DNA of 64,000 nucleotides, taken from the NCBI GenBank assembly GCA_976226885.1, contig OZ320316.1:79484001-79548000 (forward strand), in the 5' to 3' direction. The notes under the pieces were generated by a model. That model was not told where the DNA came from. It saw only the letters and a program-made list of their open reading frames with translations, and did no database searches. Source of the stretch: Iphione sp. A-MEVVRFRX5. Lineage: Eukaryota. The position numbers and the translations under genes were made by a program. Positions within the stretch are counted from its first letter, which is position 1, and each line of letters starts with the position of its first letter. Positions 29,067-42,796 of this stretch are shown piece by piece.

Positions 29067-30851
29067 TTAAGTCGGTGGTTTGACCATCTTTCCTGTCCTT
29101 TCTAAAAATACCCTGTTCCTCTTGCCAGTTCCTCGCAAGGGCGCTTGATCTGGGAAGCTATTCCCATACAAGAGGTCGGTGAATACGCTCGGACAGGTTT
29201 GATGTCTTCGGTGTGTGTCTGGGAGTCACAGGCGGTGACAGTCTGAGCAACCCGCGAGCTTTCCCTAAGCAACAGGAGAAATCCTTGCGGATTCCAGTGG
29301 CAATATTGCCGATGATTACCTAAGGCGAAAGCCGCATTTCCTCCGCTGGCCCAATGTGGGCCTAAATTATTGCCTTTCCTCTTACCATATCTATTTGGAT
29401 AGCTCTTGTCGTGGAAGGAATAGGACTTGCGGGGATGGCCATCCCGCCTTCATCAGACAGCCCAGAGGTATACTCTTCCTATTAGATCCTTATCATACCT
29501 CCTTGTCAGAGGCGCCCTTTGTGTACTGAGCATAAGGCTAACGATACGGAGTTGGAAAATTGTGAGCAGTGAAGGGAGTGCTGATTAGAAAGATACTTGT
29601 CAGTTGCCTGTGGCCTTTCCATTTGGTCGTCCACACCGCCATAAAGAGCCGATGATCAGGCCATGGAAGTAGGCCGGGCTATTTCATGACCGACCGAGGG
29701 CCGGCAATAATGGCCAAGCGAGCCCATTCTTAACCACGTGTGTGCCAATAACCAAAGGGTGTTTCAACTTGTTGATCGCATGAACATCACGTTGTAACCC
29801 TGCCTGAACCACCCTGTTTCAAAGAAGGGCTTGGCCTCAGCGGACGAACGTGGACGGAATGACTGATTGTATTTTAATGCAGGTGACGTTATGTTCAGTC
29901 AGCTTGGCCAAGATGTCTATTTCTCAGGAGATTCCAATCGGTGGTTAGAGCTGGTAAAGGTAACACATTATAGGCAGCGAAAGGGCAGGCTGGACGCTAG
30001 CGCCTGTACAGAATTGATAGGTGCCGCAGCCAGCCTTGCGAGGCCGGTAGTCGGCCTCTGCGAAATCCTGGCTGGCATAATGCTCTAGCTTGTTCGATGT
30101 GGGGGCGTCGCGGTCGATCGTACTTTATTTGACTTGGTGCACACCAACCTTCTGACCTCCAAATAGCCTTGAGAGGTCATAGGGATGTCCTGTCATACGT
30201 TTGGCTGCACTTGCATCAGCTACTTGGCAGCCCGTAACAAGGTTTCTTCGCGCCCAGAACAGTGATTTGCCGACGAGGACACCACCCAATAGCATAGTCC
30301 ATTCGTCGGGTAAGGCATACAGATAGAATCTCTGGTAATTAACTCCCAGTCTAACTGCCCCAAATAATTTCAGCCTTAAAGGATGTACATGCGACCGCTC
30401 CGCTTCGTGAACGACGCTAAGGTAGACAGGAAAATTATTCAGAGATGCAGCGACTGAGGAGGCGCCAAAAGACGATTTAGCACAGATGCACAGGGAGAGT
30501 GACCTTTGCGTGGGAATCAGCGCCTTTCCAGAACAATTACAGGAGACGAATCACTGTGCCACTTAAACATTGGCCTTCTGTTCCCCCGGGAGCGGGCAGC
30601 TAGCCGGGTGGCAAGACCGTACACATGGCAAGCGCCTTCGCTGGACGTTGTCTTGTTTGCCTGTGCATTATACATCGGTCGATCTGCATAGTAAAGTCTT
30701 GCCGTGACTGTCAACAGCAATCCCTTCCCACCTAGCCTTCACGGTGGTCCGTCCCTGCGCCACCCAACCGTCTTTACTTCCACCCCACCTTCTCCACTCG
30801 TCCTTCCTTTGGCGAGTCCCTCCCTCCAGGGTGCTGCGACATGGAAATGCT

Positions 30852-30865
30852 GTTACCATGGAAAC
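30852..30865. promoter_or_regulatory. RFX X-box motif (GTTACCATGGAAAC; reverse complement GTTTCCATGGTAAC)
   Basis: Full match to the palindromic RFX consensus on the minus strand. No associated gene identified. Confidence 0.35.
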
Positions 30866-33800
30866 AGGATGCTGGTGCACCGGCGTGATCCATCAGGGCT
30901 TCGGCTGTATCCGGACGCTGCCGGACATTCCTCAGGCTCAACGGGGGGCAAGCTGATTACTACTAGGCCGATGAGACTGACGTACGGGAACAATGCCTCT
31001 TCACATTTTCTAGAATGCGTGCCTGTTGCATACGTGAAGGACAATAGGCCATGTTTCCTTGTGAACACATACATGAACAGATGTACCTCCAAGTGCATAT
31101 AACTTGGACATTTACATAGCTCTGTTAGTATATACTGTTAGGCTATTAAGCACCCATAAAAATAGCTCATCGTGAATGACGAGCAATTCAAAAACTTAAG
31201 TACAAGGTGAAGATCTTTTATATATTCAGTGACTATATGAATGAGTGCCTTCACACTCATTCCTGTTATTTTCATTAAAAGTAGCATATGACCAAGGCTT
31301 TTGGCCCACTCGGACTGTCCCACTAGCCTGACATAAGCTGCTCCTCTGGGCGATCGAGCAGCTCACTTCTCTTCACCCTACTATTGCGACTGGCTAAACT
31401 GGGAGAGGTACTTATCAAAGGACCCCAACCCATACCTTTGTGACCGGCATTGTATCCTAAAGGAGGCTGTAGGTGGAAATTGGAGGGGCTCGTTAATGCC
31501 TCATAATAAAATTTGGCGCCATAATATTTAAGTGGCACTTTAAGACAAACCTATTTGTGACAACTGCGCACACATGCAACAAAGGTATGCTAAAATAAAT
31601 GTTACGTGGTTAATACTTACGGGGTAAATATGTCCATAATGCGAAGTCGTTCGTCATGGAAACGTAAAATAAAAGGGGTTAACATATCACTAGTCTGTCA
31701 TATGATGATTGAAGGCAATGAAGATGCTCTTAATTGGCTCAAAGCTATGAACAGGTTTCAGATGAAAACAAAGATGGATACTACGCGAAATTGTTTCTAA
31801 AATCCCTCTTATGTTGTCATCGACGTCAGAGTCGTTAATCCGCTCATACAATCAGATAAACGAACACCGAATGTCTGCTTTCAAATTCTGCGGATTCCGT
31901 ACCATTTCTTTCCTTCCCAGCTAACTGCTACTTGTTTTGTCCGGCCTGCATCAGCATTCTTTTTACAGTACGCTGAATGATGGATGTCGTGAAAGAGTGT
32001 ATTTAGAGTCTTGAGGCTTATCAATGGGGCCAGGTGCCTGCTGCCGGGCAGAGAAAGGCTAACATGAGAGTCGTTGTACGGAGGGAGAGCTGTGCGAGCT
32101 TGGAGCTGTCTGAGCTGGTCCGAATAGCTTCTGGCATTTGTAGGCGGCTGGCCCAGTTTTCCAAGCGGTGCTGGCGTGTTGTGGTTCATGTCAGCCTCTG
32201 AGCTCAAGTGGTCGTATGTCCATAGGACTCGAGCCAGAACACATGTCAGATGGCTAGTAAGCGGCATGCTTGTACGGGGCGAGTGAAACCTGGGGTTGGC
32301 CGGAGGTGCACATCTGCTGACACTCCTGTCGAACAGGTGCACCTGATGCAATTAGAGGCACTCAAGGCGGGCTAGGTCCCGGGCCAGAGTGGCACTATAC
32401 AATGAGTGTCCTCTGTGGTATCATTCCTTATATAGACGCCACTACTGGTGATACGAGTGAATTATTTGTATACCGCATGCTCAAGTGGACGACTGGGCAA
32501 CATGCAAATAATGAAGTGTAACCTTAGGATCTACCACAGAGAAAATTAAATTACCTGTGTTGAAAACACGACTGGCCTCCTTATTCACCGGCCATTTCAG
32601 TTATGAAATCCTCGTGTCTGACACGAGTATTATGTACAGAAGTTGTACAGGTAAATGTGGTGAAAGATAGGTGGACGTATTTGACAGAGAAGACAGCGGA
32701 GAACTGACACGCCCTCTTGTTCATTTGGAACCGGGTAACGCATAGCATTTAGCGAAATGAAATCCTCTTTGTTTCGCTCGTGACATTTTAATGGATCACG
32801 CCGGGGCTTGCCTGTCGGGTGTTTTGCCGATATTGAGCAGGCAGGAATCCTATTTCCTAATGCAATCCTAGTCCTTCCAGATACCCTTGATTAAAAACGT
32901 CCTATAAGCGGACAAAGAAATACACCTATGTACATCAGCGCCTATAATAAGAGGCGACGTTTTTGATCGCGACCACGATAACTAATATTGTGCCGACTAT
33001 TTCTATCACCAGCTAGTTTTAAGAGACATTTCCTCCGTAGGTATCCCTGAAACTAATTACTCTGGCTAGGCTTCAGCTAAGGACGCCAAAGGATGTTTCA
33101 AGGGCTACGTTGCTATTTCTTGATTACAAGGTTTTACTGTCATTACTAAGGAATCAATTAATCAAATGCCTGATCCCTAAAGGTTGCGTTGGCCTCATAT
33201 ACATGCATTAGACTTGAGAATATGCCTATTGAATAAACCATCCTTTACACCGTGATGTAGACAAAACTGTTATACGTGTAAGGATAAAGAAAGTGTTGCT
33301 AATACGACGAATATTACAGCGTCTTCTGCGACAAGTTAATATTTGACACGTACTCAAAACTTGTTTTCTTAGCGCGTTTGTTGAAAAGCGCAGTGTTTTC
33401 CGAAGCCACTCCTGAACTAAATGAGCGAGCCGACGTCGTTCAAATATTGGTTAAATGGCTATCGGAAGCCGCTGACCGCCATCCAGAGTTGACAACTGGG
33501 CGTGAATTATCCCGAGCGACTCTGCATAGAGAGCAGCTCACTGCACGCGTGTAATCTTCTGGGGATTATCCCATAGCTTGTAATTTGTTATCAATGCAAA
33601 TCAGATAGCTGGCGGAAAATGCTGGCTGAGGTGGTGCTAATGGCTAGATGTGGTGGTGTTGTATTGTGTGCGGCATTATGATAGGGAGATTATCGGCGGT
33701 GGAATAGTAGAGAAAGGATGCAGTGAACTCAGCTTCGCTTCTCTACGGTGGCTCTCCCACCTTCGGGTGGGAATCCTTATGGGGGCTAGCCTTATCATGA

Positions 33801-35336
33801 ATATACTTAACACGCCCTTAGTGTGGAGGCCAGGGAGGACGAGGCAGTGGGAAGCTTGGGGAGGATTTCTTGTTGCTGGTAGCCGGAGGTAAAAATTGGG
33901 AAATGGCATCGACGTCAGTTGAGTCACATCGTTTTATTGAGTGCTCTTCTACCATATTTAACCTTTATTTTCTCTGAAAAGGATCTGTATTGTTTCTTTT
34001 TCATATGACAAAGTTGGACGTTAGCTATTTTATTACCGTGTTTTACAGGGATATATACATAATAGCTACTCAGAAAATGATGAAGTGATATCCAAGTACA
34101 TGTACACGTATATTAAAACAAAACAGGGTCTCAGACTAATCTGAGTACTAAGAATCATTCAGTGAGTCCTTTATACGGTACACGATTAAAAAAAATGACA
34201 CGCTGATCAAATGAGGCTTAAAAACCGAAGGACTTCATGTGTCAGTACATGTCTAGATAGCCGCCAGGACTGATGAAGGTATGCCCATTACAACCTGAGA
34301 AAGAAAGATTGTTGTCGATCGCATCAAGTAGTGATGATAAGCATTCACATTCACTTGTAGAGAGTCATGAGTTTATCAAATTACCGTCCTATCAATAATG
34401 CATGCAGATGGCGATCTTTGCTATCAATCTACATACACCATTCGGGAGGCGTGTGTAGAAATGATGGAGAGCGGAAGGTGGCATTTTACTGGAAGGCACG
34501 CACAAGCAGTTCAGTCTAAGGCAGAGGACACCCTGTTGGCTGCATCCGATTTACGAGGCCCGTGCCCAGACAGACATTGTTTATACTTGGCGTTGGCCTC
34601 ATTAAACTTGATGGATGTCCTCACACGGGCAGCAACCCTTGGTGTGGTGACAAGCCTCGCCCAGGGACGCCCCTTAGCGGCGATCTGTGTGCGGCGCCTG
34701 TGATCAAGATGATTATACATGTATGCGTAAAAGAATGTTACTGTATAGGTAGCCTAGAGTGTGAAGAAGTGTTTACACTGTATACACTCTCTCTCATTTG
34801 CCCGTACTGGAATTTTATAAACATTGCCGTGAACGTACTAGCTTACGCGCAATAGTTTCCATATCTGTTTACTTATTAAACCTTTTTTAACGTCGCTTTA
34901 CGGCGAGGCTTGTATGTTCCTTTTGAGTAATTATGCATGGAGACATGCGAATAACTTTATGTATTTTACTGAGGCTGTTATAGTTGAAGCGCAAGCAAAG
35001 TAAATTAAACATTTAAAGGCAAGTGACTCGACCATATTATTGACCAGAGTCTTTGATCTTCACGCAGCAGCCAATTAATACATGTTTTCATTTCGAGATA
35101 CATGACGAACCTGATCAACTACTGTTCCTTTCTTATTATAATAATTACCAAGCTCTGTAAGGTCTTGCTCATTTGAGCCGAGTACCTTTGTAAAATTAAA
35201 CCAAAAGGCCAGTGTTTCAGAAGGGATTTGCAGTTTAAACACAGATATAGTCATGAAACCATATTACTACTTGGAAACGAGAAAGGAGCCGAAGACGAGT
35301 GAACACAAAGAATATCAACTAAGGGAGAGCGAAGGG

Positions 35337-35340
<4 letters not shown>

Positions 35341-35404
<64 letters not shown>
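35341..35404. repeat. Perfect (GA)32 microsatellite
   Basis: Uninterrupted GA repeat read directly. Confidence 0.98.
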
Positions 35405-35406
<2 letters not shown>

Positions 35407-38400
35407 AGGACGAGATTATTTGATGAGAAGCGTCGAAAGAATGTAAAAGCCCCAGGGCATACGTAGCTGCGGCGACGAGGTCATTACGGAGCTCCCTCTG
35501 CCGGATCTATGTTGGAGCACAGGAAGCGAATCTTTAGGGACCGAAGGGGGAGGGGGGCAGCAGTGTCAGTAGGCTCGATCCTAATGAAATCTCTTGGGAA
35601 TGAGGGCCTGGGCATAGGATCAGGCTCTTGGGGCGGGCACAATGAAGACCAAGATCAAAGCTCACACATGACACAGACTGGCACGTGATCCCACGGACAT
35701 CCGACTGCTGTCGAGAGGCTATTACAATCTCTTGGAGCCTTTGACAGCGGCCAGGCTCCTATATTAGGGCAGCAAAGCCTTGCATATTCTTTCAACGCGT
35801 TCTTCACTCAGGCGCAGTGGCCCAATGTCTGCCTTCTATCGTACCGGCTTTTGTCACACCTTTACGGAAAAGACGGTGGGGTGTATGATCAAGTGCATGG
35901 TAAGAAAGATCCAATTAAAGACGACTCCCCGGGAGTCTTTGGCCGTCGTGGCGGTGACGTCCTCCTGATCTGCTCGGGAGTCGCCCTCACTAAGGCGACG
36001 CTTCAGCATGCAGCTTAAGTAATGAAACGAGGCGGGCTGCTACTTGACGGCCGGCTGCGGGCGACTATGCTACGTGCTCGACGGATTACTGTCAGGTTTC
36101 ATTATTTCTTCAGCTTAATTAGAGACAAAATGTAACTTAGGACGAATATCTCACGCTTTGACTCCGATGGTCGTTCCGTCTAGAAAAAGGATTATGTTGC
36201 CCAAATTGGCACGTTTCAAAATGCATCTTAAACCTGTGGCAGTAAAATAAGAAAAATACTGTAGCGAATTGGGAGATGCACAAAGAGAGACAACGATAAT
36301 GTCTTAGTGACTAAGTCCTGGCAGTAAGAGATGAGTTACTGTCATTTGTTACGCGTGTCCTGATGAGAGTGCTTATCACATCTATTAGCAAGAGGTAATA
36401 CGCGATAATAGGTTGTCAGGTGGTGGTAGCATGCCCATCGACCTAGGATCACCTGTGTACAGCCGCCCCACTGACCAATCATGGCTGGTTAGCAGCTTTT
36501 CTAATTTAGGGCAAATCCCACATTACTTATTGATGCGATGAGGAGAAGAGCAGTGCGAGCTAGAGCCATTTTTCAAGAGAGCATTAACGCAGCATGAAAA
36601 CGATAAAACATACCATAGTCGAAGCCGTGTAATCAACGATTTCTCGATTTTGCTGAAGGCTTCCCTCTGAGACAACGAGATACATTGTCACTGGTGTGTA
36701 ATATCTATAAGCGTGATTTACTGTACTTTCTTTTACTAATACACTAGAGCCAGCTATACCTAACAGTTTAACGTGAACTATTGTCTTCAGAGTGATCCAC
36801 TGATACTCAACGATATACATAGGGACGATATACATGTACACAACACATAAGCATACTGTTCTGAATTTGATATACTGAATTTATCAATGATGGCGGCAAT
36901 AGAGCACAGACTGCACCTAAATACAGGTCGAGTCAGTCTTTTATGTTCTTTCAGTAGACGAAACCTTTCCTCTAAAATATTTTTCCATTGTGCAAAAATC
37001 AGTAACGTAGCGTCCATGTGGACCAACCATACTAATCTGAGGGTGATCACTGATTGAGTATTATTAGTAGTAATGGTGCCGTTCATCTCGCTGAAAATCC
37101 ATTGAGTGAGGCTCATCCCCCTGCCGCGTATCCTCTGTTACTGTGCCGGCGGTGCCCCTCGAGAGTTAAATCCCGTCGACGCAGCAGGAGGTTCAGCAGG
37201 GAACGCTCACGCTAATTACTGCACGAGCGTCTCTGGTCTCCAATGTTAATTATACTCTGTTGGGGCACTCCTCTGGGCATACCGGGACCTGCATGGACTG
37301 GTGAGAGAAATACATCACTTGTGCACGTGCGAACGACCCGTTCCACACGTTTCTTCCTCCTCCATCATCTCTTTGTTCCTCTCCTGGTCAGCAGCCAGGC
37401 TATTAAAGGCGTGTAGCGAAGACATTTTCCGTAGAGAGATCATGGATCCTAGTATTATAGGACGTAACTTAGTAATGCTTATACCATCTTCAAAGCGCCT
37501 AATTAGCAGGACGGTTCCGCGTGCGATCTTCACACGTACATGCTCATGCATACGTACAAGCCGGGGCGTAGGTAAGTGGAATTAAGGGGGACACACACTC
37601 TCATCACAGATGAGCAAATTCATAGAATGAGTCCACAGATTCACAGACTGAGTCAGCAGTTATCGACTCTCTTTCCAAGGACCGTGGGTTTAGCTACGGC
37701 CTTCCATACAAGTCCCCTTATATGCAACTTTAAAAATCAAAACGTGCACACTGTATTTCTTGGAAACTGACATGCCGTTTGCTTGGTGGGGGGGCAGTTT
37801 TCAGGCTTTGGGTCTGTTATCACCGTCCCGGAAGGCTACAGAGCAAGATGTTGTAAGACAATACAGTAAACTGTTGAGCTGACTGTAGCCATTTACAAGA
37901 AATCAAAAGAATGTACAGAAATCATTGTGTCCAAGTACGAAGCTCAGTACTGAAAAAAACGAATAAAGATCACGTTTGATTTTTTATCGGTGGAAAAATG
38001 AAAAGCACGTGTCAGACAGCTCCATGTTGTATGCACTATTCTTCTGCTGTTTCGTCATTATGGGAGGCGGTTCAAAGGACATGTCTGCGAAAATACTTGT
38101 AATGATACACATTTTTATTCAGTAACATAACAGTACAAAGCAGATAAATGTTCAACAAATAACAATATAAATATACATGTAATTAACAGTAGGCTTTGTC
38201 TATTGTTCCATAGGCTCTAGAATGAACTCACACCTCCCTGTGCCACTCTGGCCATCTCAAGTCATCAAAGGGTTCCTTTTGTCAATTTAGAGAAGTCAGA
38301 TTAAGAAGAAAATAATTATGATTAGCTGTGCCATTGTCAGAAAAAAGGAGGTTGGTTGTATGGACACCAATATGGTGAAATAAATTTGGTTCCCTAGAAA

Positions 38401-41400
38401 GCTTGTTGCATGAACAGTGTTGTTGGTTATAAGCTTATTGCTTAAGGCGGGACCACCGTGCATGTTCAGTGCCTCGGACAAATTCCTAGAAAACTGATCG
38501 GCTGCTATTTTCGGGAATAGTCAATTGGATTAGAGGTCTGACTGTGTCGATCCTAAGCGGGTCCAATGCGGTGAACCAGAAGTAGTTTCGGTATTTCGGA
38601 GTAGTGTATCACCTAAGGCCATAGTGTATCATACTTGACGAATAACACACAAAGCAATATGCAACTCATGCTTTCGCCAGGGCGCAAGTGTCGCCGAACT
38701 CAATCAGTGAAGCAAATTGGCGGAAAATTGTGCTGATTTGATGTTAATGAGGAGTTGTCACTTTGAATTTTAAGGCGATTCTTCATAATCTATCAGCAAA
38801 CTTGGATCCAGTGGACCATCAACTTTCCTGACCTGGTCTGCCTCCAATGTTTTTATATACCCTTGTCGATACCGATCCAAACAGATCCCAGGACAATTCT
38901 GTTGTTCGCATTCATCGAGCAGAAAATCGGGAAATCCATGTTTATCCAGCGGAAGGACTGAAATTTCCATAAATTATACTTGTTGTCCTGGGAATTGTTG
39001 GTAATAAAATAAGGTCTTTAAAGGTCATCTCCCTACTCAATATTGAAGGAAAGAACTGACAAATTACTGTCCATTCAAGTTGTCTGCTTCACTGCGTATC
39101 TGCGTATGCATGTATATGTATACCATATAGATAGAGATGGATGGGACAGTTCAGAGAACTTCAGAAAAAGGAAAACTTACAATAACAGGCAGCTTCAAAG
39201 TGAGGGAGAGAGGAAATATTGATAGAAATATGTGTGTTGATCTTGAGGAATCAACAGTTACGATATTAGTCTGTGACACCGACATATGGCCGAAGGTCGG
39301 AGGATACACTTGTCTCCACCCACCCTGTCATTTCCGGAAAAGTCTTCTCCAGGAAACTGCTCGGAATGCACTGTCCCCCTTGAACTAGCTCTGAGCGATT
39401 CAGTTCAGCTGCTGGGCGGTGAAGTGTTCCTGCTTCTAAGCGTGGATATCCATATTTACTACAGAGCGTTGTTGATTTTTGTGTGTAATTTTATCATCAC
39501 ATTTGAAAAGAATTCTTTTCAAATATGTTCGATAAATGTAGGGATAATCATGTCGATTCTGCCGTGTTTTTGGTTACATGCAAAAGAATGGCAAATTGTA
39601 TGTGCTGTTGCAAAAAGATAGTGAAGTATTTAACACGGTGTCCTGCTCGTATTAGATACATGTACATGTAGTTGGTATAATAAAAGAGAGTCTTCTCCTC
39701 GTGGGCGACCGGCGATACGATCAGCGATCCGGGAAGGATTGCTGCGCGTCTCTTGAGGTACGCCATGCTTTTCATGGGCCCATATATTCACGGTATTATG
39801 TATTCCCATCTGGCCTTGTGAGGAATACCCCGCTCCCCATAATGACGCGGCCCAATGAATGGCGTGTTGTCTAGCTGGGCTGCCGTATTGCAGCCATCAG
39901 GTCTTCTCACGCCGCGGCCCAACCGTGTGAAGAATGTCCTTATTACCGGGCGCCTGAGTTGGACCGCATTGTTTATACCCACTCATTACCGCGTTCCTTG
40001 GATGGAGAAACGACGCCGTTACATTAGCAGACCAGTCCCCCGTCGCTGGACATTGCGTCACTGGCCTTTAACTAGCACATGTTGCATTTTCCACTCAAGA
40101 GTTCGACTGCTGTCCGGAGCCTAATAATCGCCGCGACCTTCTATCATAATGACAGTCCGTCTTTCTCGCGACCTGTGTAAATGTACGTTACAGGCAGTGC
40201 TTCTAAAAGGAATCTCGGTGGCTATTATATAATTCACATTTAGGTAACTCCTCCTCCATAAGTTCCCTCCTAACAGCCCCTTTATAGGTGTTCCGTCCAT
40301 TAGGGGCGCATTTGACCGTCCTTTATTTGCAGCGAGGCATCATTTCTAGATGGAAGTCTAAGAAAACAATTGCAGTGGACAATTTTCAATTGTTTGCCAA
40401 TTACAAGACTAAAATGCAGTAGGTCATACCAAATCGGTCGCCGAACGCTTCCATGTTGAAGAATAAAATTAGACAGTTGTTGCTGAGACTGTGTAGAATA
40501 TTATAAGATGTTTAACAAAACCCATCTGCCGTATCTGCTAATATGCAGTAGACGCCGCAGGTATTTAATCTGACGACGAATGCCATGCCAGGTCTCATAC
40601 CTGTAGAAGACTGTTCCCACCTAACGTTACAAAAAGACAGCAGGTACGCTTGCTTTTCTTTATCGACGGTTCGAATGATGATTCCATCCGAGTGCACTTC
40701 ACACGTTAAGCGCTGCAGGCTGGTAAGGCACGCATATCAGTATATTTGCATCTTTCTTTACGATCAATTATGATTTATGACACCAGGTAAACCCGACGAT
40801 GGCAGGGACCGACCTGAAATCTTCCACAGGTGACAGTGTTGATACACCTTCTTTTGAGAATAGACTACATACCTAAGCCATACTCATTGATACACGTGAA
40901 GATAGATCACATCCCTTAATGAAAAAGGCTATGGCTTGAGGCAAAATGGGAGCTCCTTATGAAAGGCCCTATATGCGTGGTATGTTCACCAATGTCAAGA
41001 TAAAATGCCCCATCTATTACAGTAATCCTTTGAGTGCTTCAATATGCATTTCGTATTGTCGAACCACATGCTTTTCTCTAGGAAGACAGGTATTATCTGT
41101 CTTACTAAAATGGAGAAAACAATTGGGAAATGTTCTCAAAGGTTGGAACAGACGCACTTGTTTGGCATGACAGTGCAATAAACCTCAGTACTCTATTTTG
41201 TGCCTGTCCTGTTTATGCACAATCAGTTAACTGCTGTCCAGTGTACAAACCATTTATTCCTATAATACAAAGGCCTCAGCTATGTAGAGGGCAGAGGTTG
41301 ACTCTACACAGGCATTTGTCAAATCTTGCTCAGTACCTGTGATTCAAAAGTGCGGATATATGGAACTAATTAAATATTCGTGAACATTAAAACCAAGGTT

Positions 41401-41439
41401 GAATTTTGAAGCAGAGACAAAAAACACATTAAGTAGACT

Positions 41440-42785
41440 AGTTTTGCGGAAAGAATTTCTGTTATCTGACTTTAATGGTTAGGAATATTTTCACTGCTTT
41501 TCGGCAAATAAGAATTGACCTTAAGATTTAGGTATCCTTAAAAATCTATTGCCGATTATCAAAATTTCCAGAATGTTTTTTGTGAGCCAAACCTATCTAC
41601 TGGACTGCTTCCATGTATGTGAGCTTTTCACAACCTTTCACAACAATGAAAACATGGTATACACACATGAAAATTAAACCTAAATTCTTTATGGAAACAT
41701 GGCAGTAGTCTGTTAGTGCATTCCCACATGTATTGAAAGTCTTTGAGAAGTATTTGGGATGAAACTGAATGTAAAATTATGACAACCTGAAAAATACCAG
41801 CAATAAGAGGACGTAGTCTCTGTGGCATTATATTTTTAAACTACCAGAATGAAGGCTATGACGGTCCTACAGTTTCCTAAGGCCCTCACTCTATTGCTGA
41901 TTGCTCTAACATAGCGAGAACCATGGATAAAATGTAAGAATTTATTTGCAGTGCAACAGATGAACTCTGCCCTCCAAAGAAGGTAAAGTACAATGACAGT
42001 AAGGGATGGATGAACAAGGAAATTCGGGAGTATATCAGAAATCATGATTATGTTTTGGCACTTTTTAAGAAAATGCGTTGTCTGGACAGCGTATGGATAG
42101 GGTGCTTCCATAAAAGGCATGTACGTACCTTGCTAAAGAAGGCAAAACATTTTTCTTAAGCAAAGGCTCGGTCGCTGTAGCTCTTCATCTGAATTCTGGA
42201 GGATTATAAACAAAGAGATAATTTTCAAGCGGCAGAAACCACCCCTAATCCAGCTGAAGGATGGTAAATCCTGGTTACCCGTATCAGAGGTTCCGCAGAT
42301 CCTGACTGAATGATTTGTAGGTAGGGCTACTGAATTGGCAGAGAGTACGAATGTTTGCTTGGATAGCATTGATCCATTGATTGATAAAGAATGTTAGAAT
42401 GTCTCACTCATACATATCGACACACTGAAGAAGATTATCTGAATGTGAAAAAAAACATCAGGGTTATGGGATATCCCAATGTTAGTGTTGAAATACATCC
42501 TTCTTATCTGTCTAGAACCAGTATATGCTATTAACAATGTCAGTATTTCTGATTTTTTTTCTTGCCGTCATGGAAAATAGCACGTGTAACGCCCCTACTT
42601 AAAACGCAACCCTCCCATTCAAAGTAAATTTCAGGCCGACTTCAATTCTTCCTTGCATTGGCAAAATAGTTGATAAAATAATTCGCACACAACTAGTGGA
42701 TTACCTTGAGTCTAAAGGTTTAATGAGTGAGAGACAGCATGGCTATCAAAAAACAAGGGACACAAACATGGCTGTAACATGTCTT
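41440..42785 (+). mobile_element. CR1/L2-group (Crack/Daphne-like) non-LTR retrotransposon, 5' part of a decayed ORF2: APE endonuclease end, linker and start of RT
   Basis: Manual translation across stops and frameshifts gives EFLLSDFN (GDFN motif, ends 41476) and TYLLD (41591-41605). The linker reads DELCPPKKVKYNDSKGWMNKEIREYIRNHD...LLKKAK, then SGLWDIPMLVLK. The RT start reads WKIARVTPLLK, then (frameshift) FRPTSILPCIGKIVDKIIRTQLVDYLESKGLMSERQHGYQKTRDTNMAVTCL. A weak IICLT..W motif near 41092-41113 suggests the element may extend further 5'. Confidence 0.85.
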
Positions 42786-42796
42786 AAAAAACGCCT

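Noticed and set aside
29432-29445. Perfect 14-bp palindrome GGGATGGCCATCCC
   Set aside because: Several of this length are expected by chance in 64 kb.
32889-32968. 12/13-bp inverted repeat resembling a pre-miRNA hairpin
   Set aside because: The stem is too short, the 54-nt loop is unpaired, and this is within chance expectation.
36584-36841. VKLLGI motif resembling RT subdomain 7
   Set aside because: The following residues do not match (no L.W..H), and there is no upstream YADD-like motif.
38770-38970. Protein-like 66-aa ORF (MEISVLPLDKHGFPDFLLDECEQQ...)
   Set aside because: No family recognised and no partner exons found. It cannot be supported without a database search.
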